From NCBI GenBank assembly GCA_008690995.1, contig VRMN01000004.1:806001-870000 (forward strand): 64,000 nucleotides of DNA, written 5' to 3'. Below the pieces are notes generated by a model that worked only from the letters and a program-made list of their open reading frames with translations, had not been told where the DNA came from and searched no databases. The position numbers were made by a program, and so were the translations under genes. Numbering within the stretch: position 1 is the stretch's first letter; each line of letters begins with the position of its first letter. Below, piece after piece: positions 42,511 through 53,200 of this stretch. The stretch is from Porphyridium purpureum. Taxonomy: Eukaryota.

Positions 42511-43458
42511 TTACTTCGGACGCGCGAATTTAGCCTGAATCCAACGACGGTTCTTTTCGACGCCCTCCTTGTGATTGGTGATGTTTCGAGCGATCGTGTT
42601 CATCTCTGTGGCCACAAAACCAGCCTGCTCGAAGCAATGCTGCAGCCACTCCTCGGTGAAGAAATGCCGCCGCGTATTATCTCCACAGACGTAAAAATTA
42701 GACGCAATCTTGGATTCACTGCGCATTCGTAGTTGCGACAAGTCACCGAAAGCGTAATCGCGAATGAGCAGCAATCCCCCTGGCGCCAAGAGTGAAAATA
42801 GGACCGGTGCTAACTCTTGCACGCTGGCGGGCTCCAGCGCGGAGAGAACCCAGACCGCCGTGATATACTTGACGCATCCTGAAACGCCAGACAGAATGCT
42901 ATGCAGCTGCTCGTGATGCGTCACATCAGCAACAAAAGCGAACACACGCTCCGGGTCATACTCGGGCGACTCGCGAAACACCTTTATGCTTGTGCTGCTG
43001 AAATCGCACGCAAAGCCAAAGAGCGACGGATTAGCTCGCAGGAGCGGGAAGACGGCGTTGCCCACCCCGCAGCCGAGCTCGAGAAAGATCTCTTTCCCGC
43101 GCAGAATCTCTTCCGGCGGGGGCTGCTGCGTGTCGAATGCGTATTCGCTTAGTGTGGGATACTTTCGTGCCAGAGGCGCGCACCACTTGACGGGGTCATC
43201 ACGCACCGAGTCCGGCATCATCTCTGGAAATTCTGCGCGCAAATTGTGGCGGTCCTTGAAAAAGGTGGCCTTCTTATGCCGATAGAACGTCTCCCAGAAC
43301 TTTGGCAGATCCAGCTGTGCGCGTCTTGCCGCGTCCATTTCCGGCAACTGGGCGTGCTGCTCCAGCAGGTTCCGCCGCGCGTCTTCATCCTGACCTGCAA
43401 GCAGCGCTCGCTGCACGCGCTCTTCCTTTCCGCTCTGGCATTCTTCTCCTCCGTTCAT
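42511..43458 (-). CDS. tRNA m3C methyltransferase, METTL2/METTL6 family
   Basis: FWETFY..FFKDRH, LELGCGVGN, CDFS, RDYAFGD and RRWIQAKF. Confidence 0.92.
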   Translation of the reverse strand: MNGGEECQSGKEERVQRALLAGQDEDARRNLLEQHAQLPEMDAARRAQLDLPKFWETFYRHKKATFFKDRHNLRAEFPEMMPDSVRDDPVKWCAPLARKYPTLSEYAFDTQQPPPEEILRGKEIFLELGCGVGNAVFPLLRANPSLFGFACDFSSTSIKVFRESPEYDPERVFAFVADVTHHEQLHSILSGVSGCVKYITAVWVLSALEPASVQELAPVLFSLLAPGGLLLIRDYAFGDLSQLRMRSESKIASNFYVCGDNTRRHFFTEEWLQHCFEQAGFVATEMNTIARNITNHKEGVEKNRRWIQAKFARPK

Positions 43459-43517
43459 CCCGCATCCAACTCCCAGTCCACACCATGCGGTCACACCCAA
43501 AGCCCAGCCGAGCTTAC

Positions 43518-43963
43518 TGTCAAAGGTAACCGGTTTTTGTTTTCCAACAGAGAGTAAATGATCCGCCGCTCACCCCTGGTCTGCCAGTCTCCCGACAAGC
43601 GTGCCAGTGAGGTGGGAAGCGTGAGGTGATATCTGTTCTCTCCCGAACAACAGAAGTCACAGAATGTATATTCTTTTACACACAAAACATTTACTCTACC
43701 TGTTCCGGTCTTCGCGAAGGTCTAGTTCCTCCGCCTTTAGGTACTCGCCTTTATACGTGACGCGAGGAGATGTGGACGACACTGTAGGTGGGGGACACGG
43801 TGCAAAGAAGTTGGACACGCGACACGTGCACGGGTACGCGTGTCCAAGCTATTTTCCAAAAATAGCTGTTCCTTCCGGATTGTGCTGTGCTGTCCGCTCC
43901 AAATGCAGGATTGACAAAGTATTGCGCTGGAACTGCTTCGCGCCACTATCACACGTTTCGACA
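43518..43963 (-). repeat. Putative 3' LTR of the Copia element (~446 bp)
   Basis: On the minus strand it starts TGTCGAA directly after the purine tract GGAGGAAACAAAGAAAAGGGCGAA and ends TTTGACA (near-inverted termini). The far boundary is inferred. Confidence 0.6.
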
Positions 43964-44003
43964 TTCGCCCTTTTCTTTGTTTCCTCCACTTAGTGGTGCT
44001 TCA

Positions 44004-46799
44004 TCAGTTCCAGAGAAAGAATGTTTTGGACACCGAAAAGTCGGCCAGCAACCCCGTTCGTAAGACTCTGTTCCACAGTCCACACTTTTTCACTTTCGTG
44101 AGAGCGTCTGCTATGTTTTGAGATCCGGGAACCAAAGTCAATTCTTGAATGCGGAGATCGGCTAAGCCTTCTCTGAGCAGCAACATGCGTATCATTAATC
44201 TTTTCTCTTGCATTACCGTGCTTCTTGCAATTGCATCATAGACTTGTTTCGAGTCCGTACTCAATGAAATCCAGACTGATATTCCCAATCGCAACAGTTC
44301 GACTTGCAATGCTTCCGCAAAGTCAAAGGCTTGGCAGAGCGCCAGCAATTCCGCCCCCATCACTGAATGAGTCACTTGCCTTGCCTTTGCAGAGTGGGCA
44401 GCCAGGAAGTGGACTCTTTCCGTCTCGTCACCCAAGAAAATGGCGAATCCCAATTGCGACGTGGCATCGTCGTTGCTTGCGTACGCTGCATCTGCAAATA
44501 CACGCAGGCGAAGTGACTTTTGGTCCAGAGATTTATACCAAAGCTCTCCTGATCTCTCGTCAGCCTTCAAGCTAGCCACCGCGGCATTGAGGATACTCAC
44601 GTGTTGTTTTTCGAACTTCTCTGCAGTAATTTGTGACAACTTCGCACTCAGACAGAGTAGGTCCGGTCTCGTTTGTGACGCGAGATATGCGACTTTGCCT
44701 CGTACGCTTCGAAATGAATCGAAACTCTTGTCACACTCTGGTATGGCGCCGGCGTACGAAGTGTTTTCTAGCTTGTAATTCCGAGGAGAATCGTTAGTCT
44801 GCGTAAACGTAACACCGTTGAAAATGAATGGGGCTGTCATCAGACCCTTGTTTTTGAAGCGGTCGCTTGCTCTCTTCTCCGCTTCCAAGCAGATTGCATC
44901 GCCTTGGACTAAGACATCATCCACGAGAGTTCCCACAGCTCCGTTTGAGCCCAAGTGTAGCACGCACGGGTCAAGTGCGCCAGGCCGAAAGCCGTGTCGC
45001 TTCAACGCTTCCTGAAGGGTTTTGTGCCAGTAAGAGCCCGATTCACTAAGGCCATACAGCGGTTTCTTGAGAAGAGCAAAACCTGGCCAATCTCTTTTCG
45101 AAGCTTGCTTGAGTATTCTACGTGCTCTTTCATTCAAGCGTATGTATACGTCTCTCTGCATTGGGTACGTGGATTGAAGATAGGCTTGCTCATAATCTCG
45201 GTATACAATTTCGTGTCCTTGTACCACGGCTGTTGACACCAGAACCCGCATCATCGTTTTCGACAGCGTAGGCGCTTCAATGTTCATAGTCTTGGCCTCG
45301 GGGTCTCGAAATCCCTGGACTACTAGTCGAGCCTTTTGTCTCCCGTCAGTCTTTATCCGGTTCTCGAACCGGGATCCTAGAACGTTTGCTCCCGGTGGTG
45401 GCTTCGTGATGGGCAATATCGTGTCTTTTTCGACAAGGCCCTTCATTTCCGCGATCTCTGCCTCCTCCCAAAAGTCAGAATCCATGGTAAATATAGATGT
45501 ATGGTTCTCCAGGATGTAAAGCTTAACGTTATTGATGTGAAATTGCGATTTTCGGGCGCGAGCTCGTACATGTGCAGGGTGAATGATGGTTGCTCTGGTT
45601 CCGTCGAGATTTTCGAGGACGAATGGTCCTGTCCATTCGTGGGATTCTTCCCGTCGAACAAGAACAGCGACCCCAGGTCGTAGTTCATCCGACTCTCTGG
45701 GAAATTCTGGGGCCCGACTTCTTTTTGCCGCTTGCAATCGCAATTTGGACGCTTCTATCTCGTATTCCCGACGCGCACACAGCATGGCCGACAGTCTCCG
45801 TTCTTGTGTCTCTCTCGAATCGTGAGGTGCGTTTTCAGGCCTTATGCTCAGCCGAGGCAAGCATCCGAACACTAACAAAGCTGGTGTCATTCCTTCTGGC
45901 CCGACGGTGTTGTTCATCGCTCGCGTTGCAATGGATAAGATCGTGTCTGCGTCCAAGGCTGGCTGGTCACGTGAAATTCGCAGGTACACTTTCCTTAGCG
46001 GTTCATGGAATCGTTCTGCGATACCCAGATGCCAGTGCGCCTCTTTCTCGATGCTGTCAACAACAATTCCTTCGCCAAGGCACAGATTCCTAAAATCGGA
46101 CGAAGTCAGAACTGTTTCACAATCTGCCTTGACTCTACGCGGTGCTCCGTAGACACTTATCCAGATCCTGAAAAAACATGAGAACACTCCTTGAGCGTCG
46201 GATTCTGTGCACACGGCGGCTGCTGTCCACTTCGTGCCATAGCACGCAATCTGTAACACTTTCATGTTAGCATTTCCTTCGCCGGGGTCTTCCTGTAAGA
46301 ACAGAAAGTCTATTCCAACGGTTGCGTTAAATTCAGTTTCAATGTCAGCAGCTACTCTATAGCTCGTTCTGCGGCCAGAGTACCATTGACACGTACCGCA
46401 CTTCTTCAATTTGTCCTTAAGCTGATGTGCAAGGTCATATGATATGGCTTCGCTGCCTTCTGCTTTTCTGATCAGGCTGCACAGCTTGTTCGCAGAGACG
46501 TGCCCGAACCTTTTGTGTAGCGTACACAACTCCTCAAGAGTGTAATATATGCTCGGCTCCGAGCCGATTGGTATTTCCAAGTGTCCAGACGGTAACTTGT
46601 TGCAAGTTATCTGACAATTCCCCATTTGTAAAATGGCATTCCCGTCGGTCCGCAAAACACTGATCTTGAATGTGTGTAATACGTCTTCCCCTAGCAAGAT
46701 AGGCAGACTCGCGTCGACGACTGCGACATCAAATTCCAGAAAGCAGCCGTCGGAAAAGGGTATGCGAATGTCAGCTCGACCAAGGACTGCACCAGTCAT
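44004..46799 (-). CDS. Copia Pol (partial protease, integrase, RT, RNase H)
   Basis: Protease tail PILLGEDVL; integrase HKRFGH..CGTC with D,D,E; RT KARLVVQG, AYLQS, KPLYGL, LVDD; RNase H FADA, AELLA, TDSK, NIADALTK. Confidence 0.93.
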   Translation of the reverse strand: MTGAVLGRADIRIPFSDGCFLEFDVAVVDASLPILLGEDVLHTFKISVLRTDGNAILQMGNCQITCNKLPSGHLEIPIGSEPSIYYTLEELCTLHKRFGHVSANKLCSLIRKAEGSEAISYDLAHQLKDKLKKCGTCQWYSGRRTSYRVAADIETEFNATVGIDFLFLQEDPGEGNANMKVLQIACYGTKWTAAAVCTESDAQGVFSCFFRIWISVYGAPRRVKADCETVLTSSDFRNLCLGEGIVVDSIEKEAHWHLGIAERFHEPLRKVYLRISRDQPALDADTILSIATRAMNNTVGPEGMTPALLVFGCLPRLSIRPENAPHDSRETQERRLSAMLCARREYEIEASKLRLQAAKRSRAPEFPRESDELRPGVAVLVRREESHEWTGPFVLENLDGTRATIIHPAHVRARARKSQFHINNVKLYILENHTSIFTMDSDFWEEAEIAEMKGLVEKDTILPITKPPPGANVLGSRFENRIKTDGRQKARLVVQGFRDPEAKTMNIEAPTLSKTMMRVLVSTAVVQGHEIVYRDYEQAYLQSTYPMQRDVYIRLNERARRILKQASKRDWPGFALLKKPLYGLSESGSYWHKTLQEALKRHGFRPGALDPCVLHLGSNGAVGTLVDDVLVQGDAICLEAEKRASDRFKNKGLMTAPFIFNGVTFTQTNDSPRNYKLENTSYAGAIPECDKSFDSFRSVRGKVAYLASQTRPDLLCLSAKLSQITAEKFEKQHVSILNAAVASLKADERSGELWYKSLDQKSLRLRVFADAAYASNDDATSQLGFAIFLGDETERVHFLAAHSAKARQVTHSVMGAELLALCQAFDFAEALQVELLRLGISVWISLSTDSKQVYDAIARSTVMQEKRLMIRMLLLREGLADLRIQELTLVPGSQNIADALTKVKKCGLWNRVLRTGLLADFSVSKTFFLWN

Positions 46800-46865
46800 T
46801 GGAAGCGCTAAACCTTAATGTACAAGGTAATGTGTTCTAAACCTACAATATCAGGGTTACTCAAG

Positions 46866-47258
46866 GGTTACGATGAATTGTTGACGGTACAGTTGAAGTC
46901 ACTTCAGCAAATGTATTTAATTATGTATTAAATCCGTTGCAATGACATTAAAAAAGTTGAGAGCGTATCATGAAGACTATCGGCCGAATCGGTTATCATC
47001 ATATTATGGTTTGAGCACGTGTGACCAATGCTTGCATTAAAAGTGTTCTTGGCAATAATACCGGTGTCAGGGCTACATTACCCAGCATCTTTTCACATTT
47101 GTACTGAGCTGTGCAAAATCTGGAGCAAGCTGGAATCTGAAGGGTTGAATTCGTTTGCCGCACCTGTCTTTTTAGCCTGATGCTTGAAATATTGCGAGGT
47201 CGTATGCTTCGTGCGTTCAAACGTCTCACTCTGCTGACGCGTGTCGTTCATCGTAACA
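46866..47258. mobile_element. Candidate solo-LTR/MITE-like element with 11-bp terminal inverted repeats
   Basis: GTTACGATGAA at 46867-46877 and TTCATCGTAAC at 47247-47257, AT-rich interior, no TSD seen. Confidence 0.4.
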
Positions 47259-47539
47259 GCACAGTTGACCGCACCAAGTAAGCTGCATGCGAAGGCCTTT
47301 TATCTCTACGGACGCGCAGTGTCTTCGCGTTCGCGCCGCAGACTGACAGTAGCAACCGTTCGCAGCACTTTATGGCACGCCTTATCGGATACCGATAGCC
47401 GGTGGCCCTGAGGGTATAGGTTCTAGTCTTGAGTCTTCATTCGTTTGTCGTTTGGCTTTCAACAGGTCCACCAGTTCAAACGCATCTCAAAATTGGTGTC
47501 ACATTCGCACGTGCTGCAGCGTGTGTTTGGGTGTGTCGT

Positions 47540-47560
47540 TGTGTGTGTGTGTGTGTGTGC
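47540..47560. repeat. (GT)n microsatellite
   Basis: tgtgtgtgtgtgtgtgtgtg. Confidence 0.9.
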
Positions 47561-47602
47561 GAGAGGAGAGCAACGAGGTATTGTTTTGGGGCTGTTCGTA
47601 CG

Positions 47603-49123
47603 ATGAATCATTATTCCTGTCCTCCCGCGCCCCAAACGTCTGGTTCGGGTGATATTGAGCTCGACGCGCGTGCCACACGTGAAGCTGGTCAACACATAGA
47701 CACTTTAGATGGGGCCGAACGCAACGGACAATCTGAGGATGAGGCCGGATGGTACGCACGATCCATGGCGGTAGCCGGATGGTATGGTGAGTGTAACTAT
47801 GACGGTCGATGCATCGAGGGTCCCGTAAACTTCGATCAGCATCATCTGATCCGACAAGGTGTCGGAGGAAGGCATGGTCATGTTGAAATGGACCGGCGTG
47901 TGTTTCCGCATGGCGAGGTCGAAAGGTGTCACGAAGGTTCATTTGGTGGAGAACAAAGGGATCCTCCCTTGCATGGCATTAGGCATCGTGAATTTTATTC
48001 GCCATATGCCGGAGGCCATCAACACAGACTACAGGAGTCCGCTCGACATGTAGAGAACATACGGGCGTCAACATTGCGTGAATATGATAGACGTGGCGTG
48101 GCGGGTTGGCGAGGAGAAAGGTATCAGCCCGAGCACCTCGGTAATGGCTTACCTGATACTGAGCGACAGCATGGTGGCATTGATGCGACGTTACGTCGTG
48201 ATATGGCGTCCCCGCTGTCAGGGTCGTCTCGAAGTGTGCGTCATCTTGGTGCTGGTCAGGTAGAGCCCAACGCACAGAATCTCCTGCGAGCTTTAACACA
48301 AGCAGTGGCTGCGCTGGACTACACTCGAGAATTGCATGATGTGCTCCGACGATTACGTGAGCTCGAACGACAAAACGAAGTGTATGCAAGGGAACTACAA
48401 GCAATGAATGTAAGGCTGGACGAACGAGGCCGTCCGGGTTTTCGTCATTCCCCTGTACTCCATGGTTCTAAACGGGGCCAGGTGAGCGAGGAAAGCGACG
48501 GCTCAGACGATGATGAACAAACTAATTTGAAGGTGAGGAAGCTTGTGCGTGATGAAGTGGCAAACGACGCATTGTCTGATTCGGACCGCGTTCGGGAACG
48601 TAATGTGGTACACGTGAGGTCAGAACGTCGCCTGATTGACTTAAGCCGACAAACGTACAATCGACGTGTTTCGTCTGTGCGAGCGTGGTTGATTCGTTGT
48701 GCCCAGGCCGTCGGCATTTCGTATCCGGAGCTCGTTTTCGCCAAAGCCGGCAATCATCCGTTCTGGCCTGGTATTGTGATTCTAGATTCCGGTCATGTTT
48801 CAAGTGAATTTGATCAGGTATTTATTGTCCGGACGGCCAGTGCGAAACAAGAAACACGCGTGCTCGTGCGCTTCTTTGTCCCTTTAGGTCAAGATCAGTC
48901 GTACGCGTGGGTTGCGATGCACGAGTCGTGTATCAGATTTAGTCGCAAACTATATGTCGAAAGCGGGTTGAGAGTTTCGGCGCATGCGCAGGTCCAGAAC
49001 TATCGTGACCCGTATCCAGGAGCGCGTGTCAAGGTGGACCTCAAGGCGTCCGTGGATCAGGCCAAACGCTATATTGTTGCTAAGAATGCACGAGCCACTG
49101 TGGAAATCGGGACGGTTGTGTGA
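47603..49123 (+). CDS. PWWP-domain protein with coiled coil
   Basis: ELVFAKAGNHPFWPGIV..VLVRFF..SYAWV is a PWWP pattern; preceded by a disordered N-terminus and a coiled coil. Confidence 0.75.
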   Translation: MNHYSCPPAPQTSGSGDIELDARATREAGQHIDTLDGAERNGQSEDEAGWYARSMAVAGWYGECNYDGRCIEGPVNFDQHHLIRQGVGGRHGHVEMDRRVFPHGEVERCHEGSFGGEQRDPPLHGIRHREFYSPYAGGHQHRLQESARHVENIRASTLREYDRRGVAGWRGERYQPEHLGNGLPDTERQHGGIDATLRRDMASPLSGSSRSVRHLGAGQVEPNAQNLLRALTQAVAALDYTRELHDVLRRLRELERQNEVYARELQAMNVRLDERGRPGFRHSPVLHGSKRGQVSEESDGSDDDEQTNLKVRKLVRDEVANDALSDSDRVRERNVVHVRSERRLIDLSRQTYNRRVSSVRAWLIRCAQAVGISYPELVFAKAGNHPFWPGIVILDSGHVSSEFDQVFIVRTASAKQETRVLVRFFVPLGQDQSYAWVAMHESCIRFSRKLYVESGLRVSAHAQVQNYRDPYPGARVKVDLKASVDQAKRYIVAKNARATVEIGTVV

Positions 49124-50208
49124 CCGAAAGGTGCATGTCTTTCTGCACAGATAGTTGGCTGTTCCTGCGTGCGTCGGGAGGTTTCAGTCTGTCTCTGATT
49201 GTAGCATTCGCCTTCCGGCCTGCTTTTGTATCCGTGAACAGATCGCATCATATCCAGTGCGCTTTGACTGAATCTGCTTGGCGGATTACGAACCAGCTCG
49301 GCTGGGCAGACTTTCGATGTTTACCTTAACATGAGCGTCAGAACGCATGGCCGTGTAATCTGAATGGTTGTGCTCGACCGTGCCAACAAGTGCCAGTGCT
49401 AAAGCACCGCATATTGGATAGGCTTCAAAGATTCTGAATTCGAATTCTAGTGATCTCTTACACATTCGCCGAGTACGTCCCTGTGACGAGAGATCCTTGT
49501 TTGCTTGGGTTTTGAAATGCTTGCCTAGCACAGGGATGGCAGGTGTTGCAAATAGTTTCGTTGAACATCGGGAGTTGGGGTGCGATTCCTAACTGTCCGT
49601 TGTGCTTCCGATCGATCGCTCTGTGCGCGCGCGCAATTCCGTAGAGGTCTGTACGCCACGTCATGCCCTTTAAACGCAAGCGCACTGCAATCAAGAGTAG
49701 TCTTCAGCTTCGTGCCGTGCACGGAAAGCAGAATTGAATGTCCAAGTCTCAAATCCACAAGCTCATAGAGGCCTGAATGCATTATGACCGCTGGGTGCCG
49801 TGTCTTTTGTGAGCTACGTGAAGCCCCACCGGGCCTGAAATTGCATGCTTAGATGCGCGCATGTACATGAGGTTCATTGCGGTCATGCGTCAGACTTGCC
49901 AGTCATCATACTTTGTTACAATGCCTCTTTACTGGGATCGATTATTCCAAATTCTTGTCATGCACCTTGGTCCCGCAGACTTTGGACGCAAGTAACACAA
50001 CATATGGCATGTTCGTCTGTCTGCTTGCCATTCTAAGCGCATCCATGCACTGTGCGAGACCCGTACATTTGTTTCATAGAGGCTGATCTGTATTTCTCAC
50101 ATGTAAATGTTGTTTGGCGTCCCCTCGTTTTCTTCACACGAGGGTATCGATCGATCCAGACTGCCCTATGCATGGAAACCCGTCGTTGCACGTTCTCGCG
50201 ATGAATAC

Positions 50209-53200
50209 CTACGCGTACGTTTCAACACCTTCGCATAAATTAGGGCTTACGATGTAGTACTTTTGTTCCAGAGGCAGACATGTGTGGCTTTGTGATACAT
50301 CCATGAATGCGGTGACCTTCTGAATGATAGACTCCACAGATATACAGATCAGGAACCTGCGCTTCTGCGAATCGATACCATAATCATTGCACGCATCATG
50401 AAGTGTATGTTCCCTGTTGATTTCATGCGCTCTCGTGCGCCTCTTGCTATGTATGAACACTTGCGCGATCTGCTGGCACGGACAGACGGCACCTGCGTTT
50501 CGTTCTCGGCAGAACGATTCTGTTTCCAATGGACAGATGAACGCAACTCCACGTGTTCCACTCAGGTTGGCGAGCAGGACGAGTTCGCCAAACCGTGGAG
50601 TATCGTTTGAGCCGTTCTCAGAGACATACTGAATGAAATCGTATCGCGGACGCCCCATATACGTAGGCGAGCAGACAAAAATGTCGTGCAGAGCCTCTGT
50701 ACGTCCAGCCGAAACGTCCTCTTCGTAACCAGCTGCCTGATTGTTTGCGTCTGCATCAAGCAGAGGTGCTATCTGATCCATAACTTGGGTTCGACATCCT
50801 TCTTTGAACTTCCGGAGTACGAAAGCCTGCGTCAACATGATTGGAGCCCTGCGTGAGCGCTCCAAGAAATCTCGCACGCCCAAATGCACCCGAGGAGACG
50901 CATGCTGCAGTGCGTCGAGAATATCGCTGGCAAATGCAACGCGGTCACGGGTACATATCGTACCTCGCGAAAGACTCTGAATGAAGCAACCGTCCGGACG
51001 TGTATCGAAATTGGATGTCACATATGAGAACACACCCTCCACATCAAGTGATAGGTGGCTAGTCAGCGTGTTTGATGCAGCATTTGTGCGTCGTTGTGTT
51101 TTGTCTAGAACCGTGCGGATGTCGCCAGTCAAGAAGAAAACGTAGTGTTCGCGCACGCTCGGCGTACATCCTGTATTGTTTGCCTGCTGGGCCGAACTGC
51201 TCGGTTCTCCTGTGCATTCACCGCGTAGCCCATTTCCGGTCTTTTCTTTTCGACGCTCAAGCAGAGAAATCGCATATGAAAACGCTTCATCGGTTTCGCA
51301 AGTTTGCAGTATTGTTTTATGCGCAAGATCACGGCGCACATTCAGGTTTCGAGCCGGAAGGCGATCAAAGATGCGGCGCAGGTACTTCATCAGAGACTCT
51401 CCGCCACAGACGTCAAATAAACGCTGACGTCCGAGCAACTGCACCATTGTGGCCAAGTGGAGAATCGCATGGTACTTCGGTCGATCACCGACAGCCCTTG
51501 CAAATTGCGGACCCTCCTGCCGGATGCTGTTCATACACTTGCTAACCCTGGATAAGAAAAACTCTGCATTGTACATGTCCATTTTACCGGGGCACTTCAA
51601 GTACAGGTAACGATACGCGCCTAAGCTGGCAACGCAGACCCCAATCCAGCCTGACAGCACGCGCCCGTCCATTGAGCAACGTGTGTGTCCAGACGCAAGG
51701 ATAACTAGAACACGTAACAAGATGCTGAGAGAATACTTGTTCTCGACAATTTTTCCGACCTCATCCGTCACTAGTACGGCGCGCATTGGAATTTGGAATT
51801 GGTTGTGTCCTCTTGTTGTGAGATCTTGCTGCATTCGAACAGCCTCAATTTTAATCCATCGACCAGCCGCCGAGTCCAACATGGAGTGTGTTACCTTTTC
51901 AGACCGGTTGCGTGCGGTGTTTTCGGCCTGGCGCACGCTCACAGCACGTACTCGAGACGTCTGAGCCGAAGACGCGTGTATAAGGCTATCATCCGACCAG
52001 TCATGCTCTTCCTCCTGTTCGCACGCGGGCCCAACCTGCTTCGCTTTGTGACACAACAACAGCATTTCCAAGCCCACGGTTACCGAGTCGCGGAACAGCA
52101 GCTTCTTGAAAGCGTGCATTGCGTCTGCACACGTAAAGAGAAAAATGCCCCAAGGGTGGAACGCGTCGAGACCCTTGAACAAAGGAGAACCCGGTCTGTC
52201 TACGGACATTTCATCAAGTGCAGCAATGTCATTTACCTCAATGGCGTGGATGGTCTCTGCTTCGAAGCGAAACCCGGAGCGAAGTCCGTTTAAACCGTTG
52301 TACAACGTCCAGTAGTCTTGGTCTGAGTTCCGAGGCCGCTTTCGACAGATAGTCTGGCCAGCCAGATCCGGGCGGTCTCTCCGATCATGCGCTCTCTCCA
52401 GCTCTTGCAGTTGCTGGCTAGACTGATTTTCGACAGGCCTTGCTTCCTGCCGTTGCTCCCGCTGACCGCCACCAGCGGCTTCGCACTGCTGACATGGCAT
52501 TTTTTGGTCCTTCGGTCTTGAAAGACGTGTGAAAGACAGACGCGCAACCATTGGCATATCCATGCCAAGATTGTAGATCGTGGGGATGCACGTCCACCTC
52601 TTACCGTGCGCGGACAGCTCAAAAAAGAAGGGCATCCCAGCGTGCCATGCACCGCGCAACCAGTCACCGAAAAGAAAGGCAAAGATGCTGTGGTACATGG
52701 ACTTGCGGAACTCTTTCATAACGTTCTGAGGCATGTCTCTGCCTGTAGCCCTCGCCTGTGTTGAGCTCTGCATCCGTATACTGTCCAATGTCTGCCATTC
52801 GTTCAAGGTCCCATCCGGCATGCATGCTACAGTCATGGGAAGACGATGATCTCCATTGTGTTCAAACTTCATTCTATGAATGATAGAAATTGAAATTGGC
52901 GTCAGTTCATGCAGCGCATTTTTGTGCATATGCGCACCGTCTGCGTAAATGGCCACTGGGATGATAAGTGGGGGCGGGTTGCGCTCGTCTCTAAAATATG
53001 AATGCTCGAGGACGCGCGAGTAAACATGTCGCAGGTACCAAGCATCTTGAGCGTGGCGGAAGGATTCGCTCTCGGCGGGCGCAGAGCCTTCGAAAGGTGA
53101 ATTGGCAACGCTTTCGTTCGCACCTGCCGTCTGCATTCCCGGTCCCTGCATTTGCCCTGCCACTGCGCTGTCAGTTCCGGCAAAGTCGTGAAGAAAATCC

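Larger units (their letters stand above)
43518..46815 (-). mobile_element. Ty1/Copia LTR retrotransposon, 5'-truncated (no gag or 5' LTR in window)
   Basis: Pol ORF in IN-RT-RH order, plus PPT and LTR. Confidence 0.9.

Noticed and set aside
46805..46872. Telomere-like words (CTAAACC, AGGGTTA)
   Set aside because: Only scattered imperfect copies, not an array.
49124..50208. Short ORFs between the PWWP gene and the transposase
   Set aside because: No family recognised; could be decayed coding DNA but unsupported.
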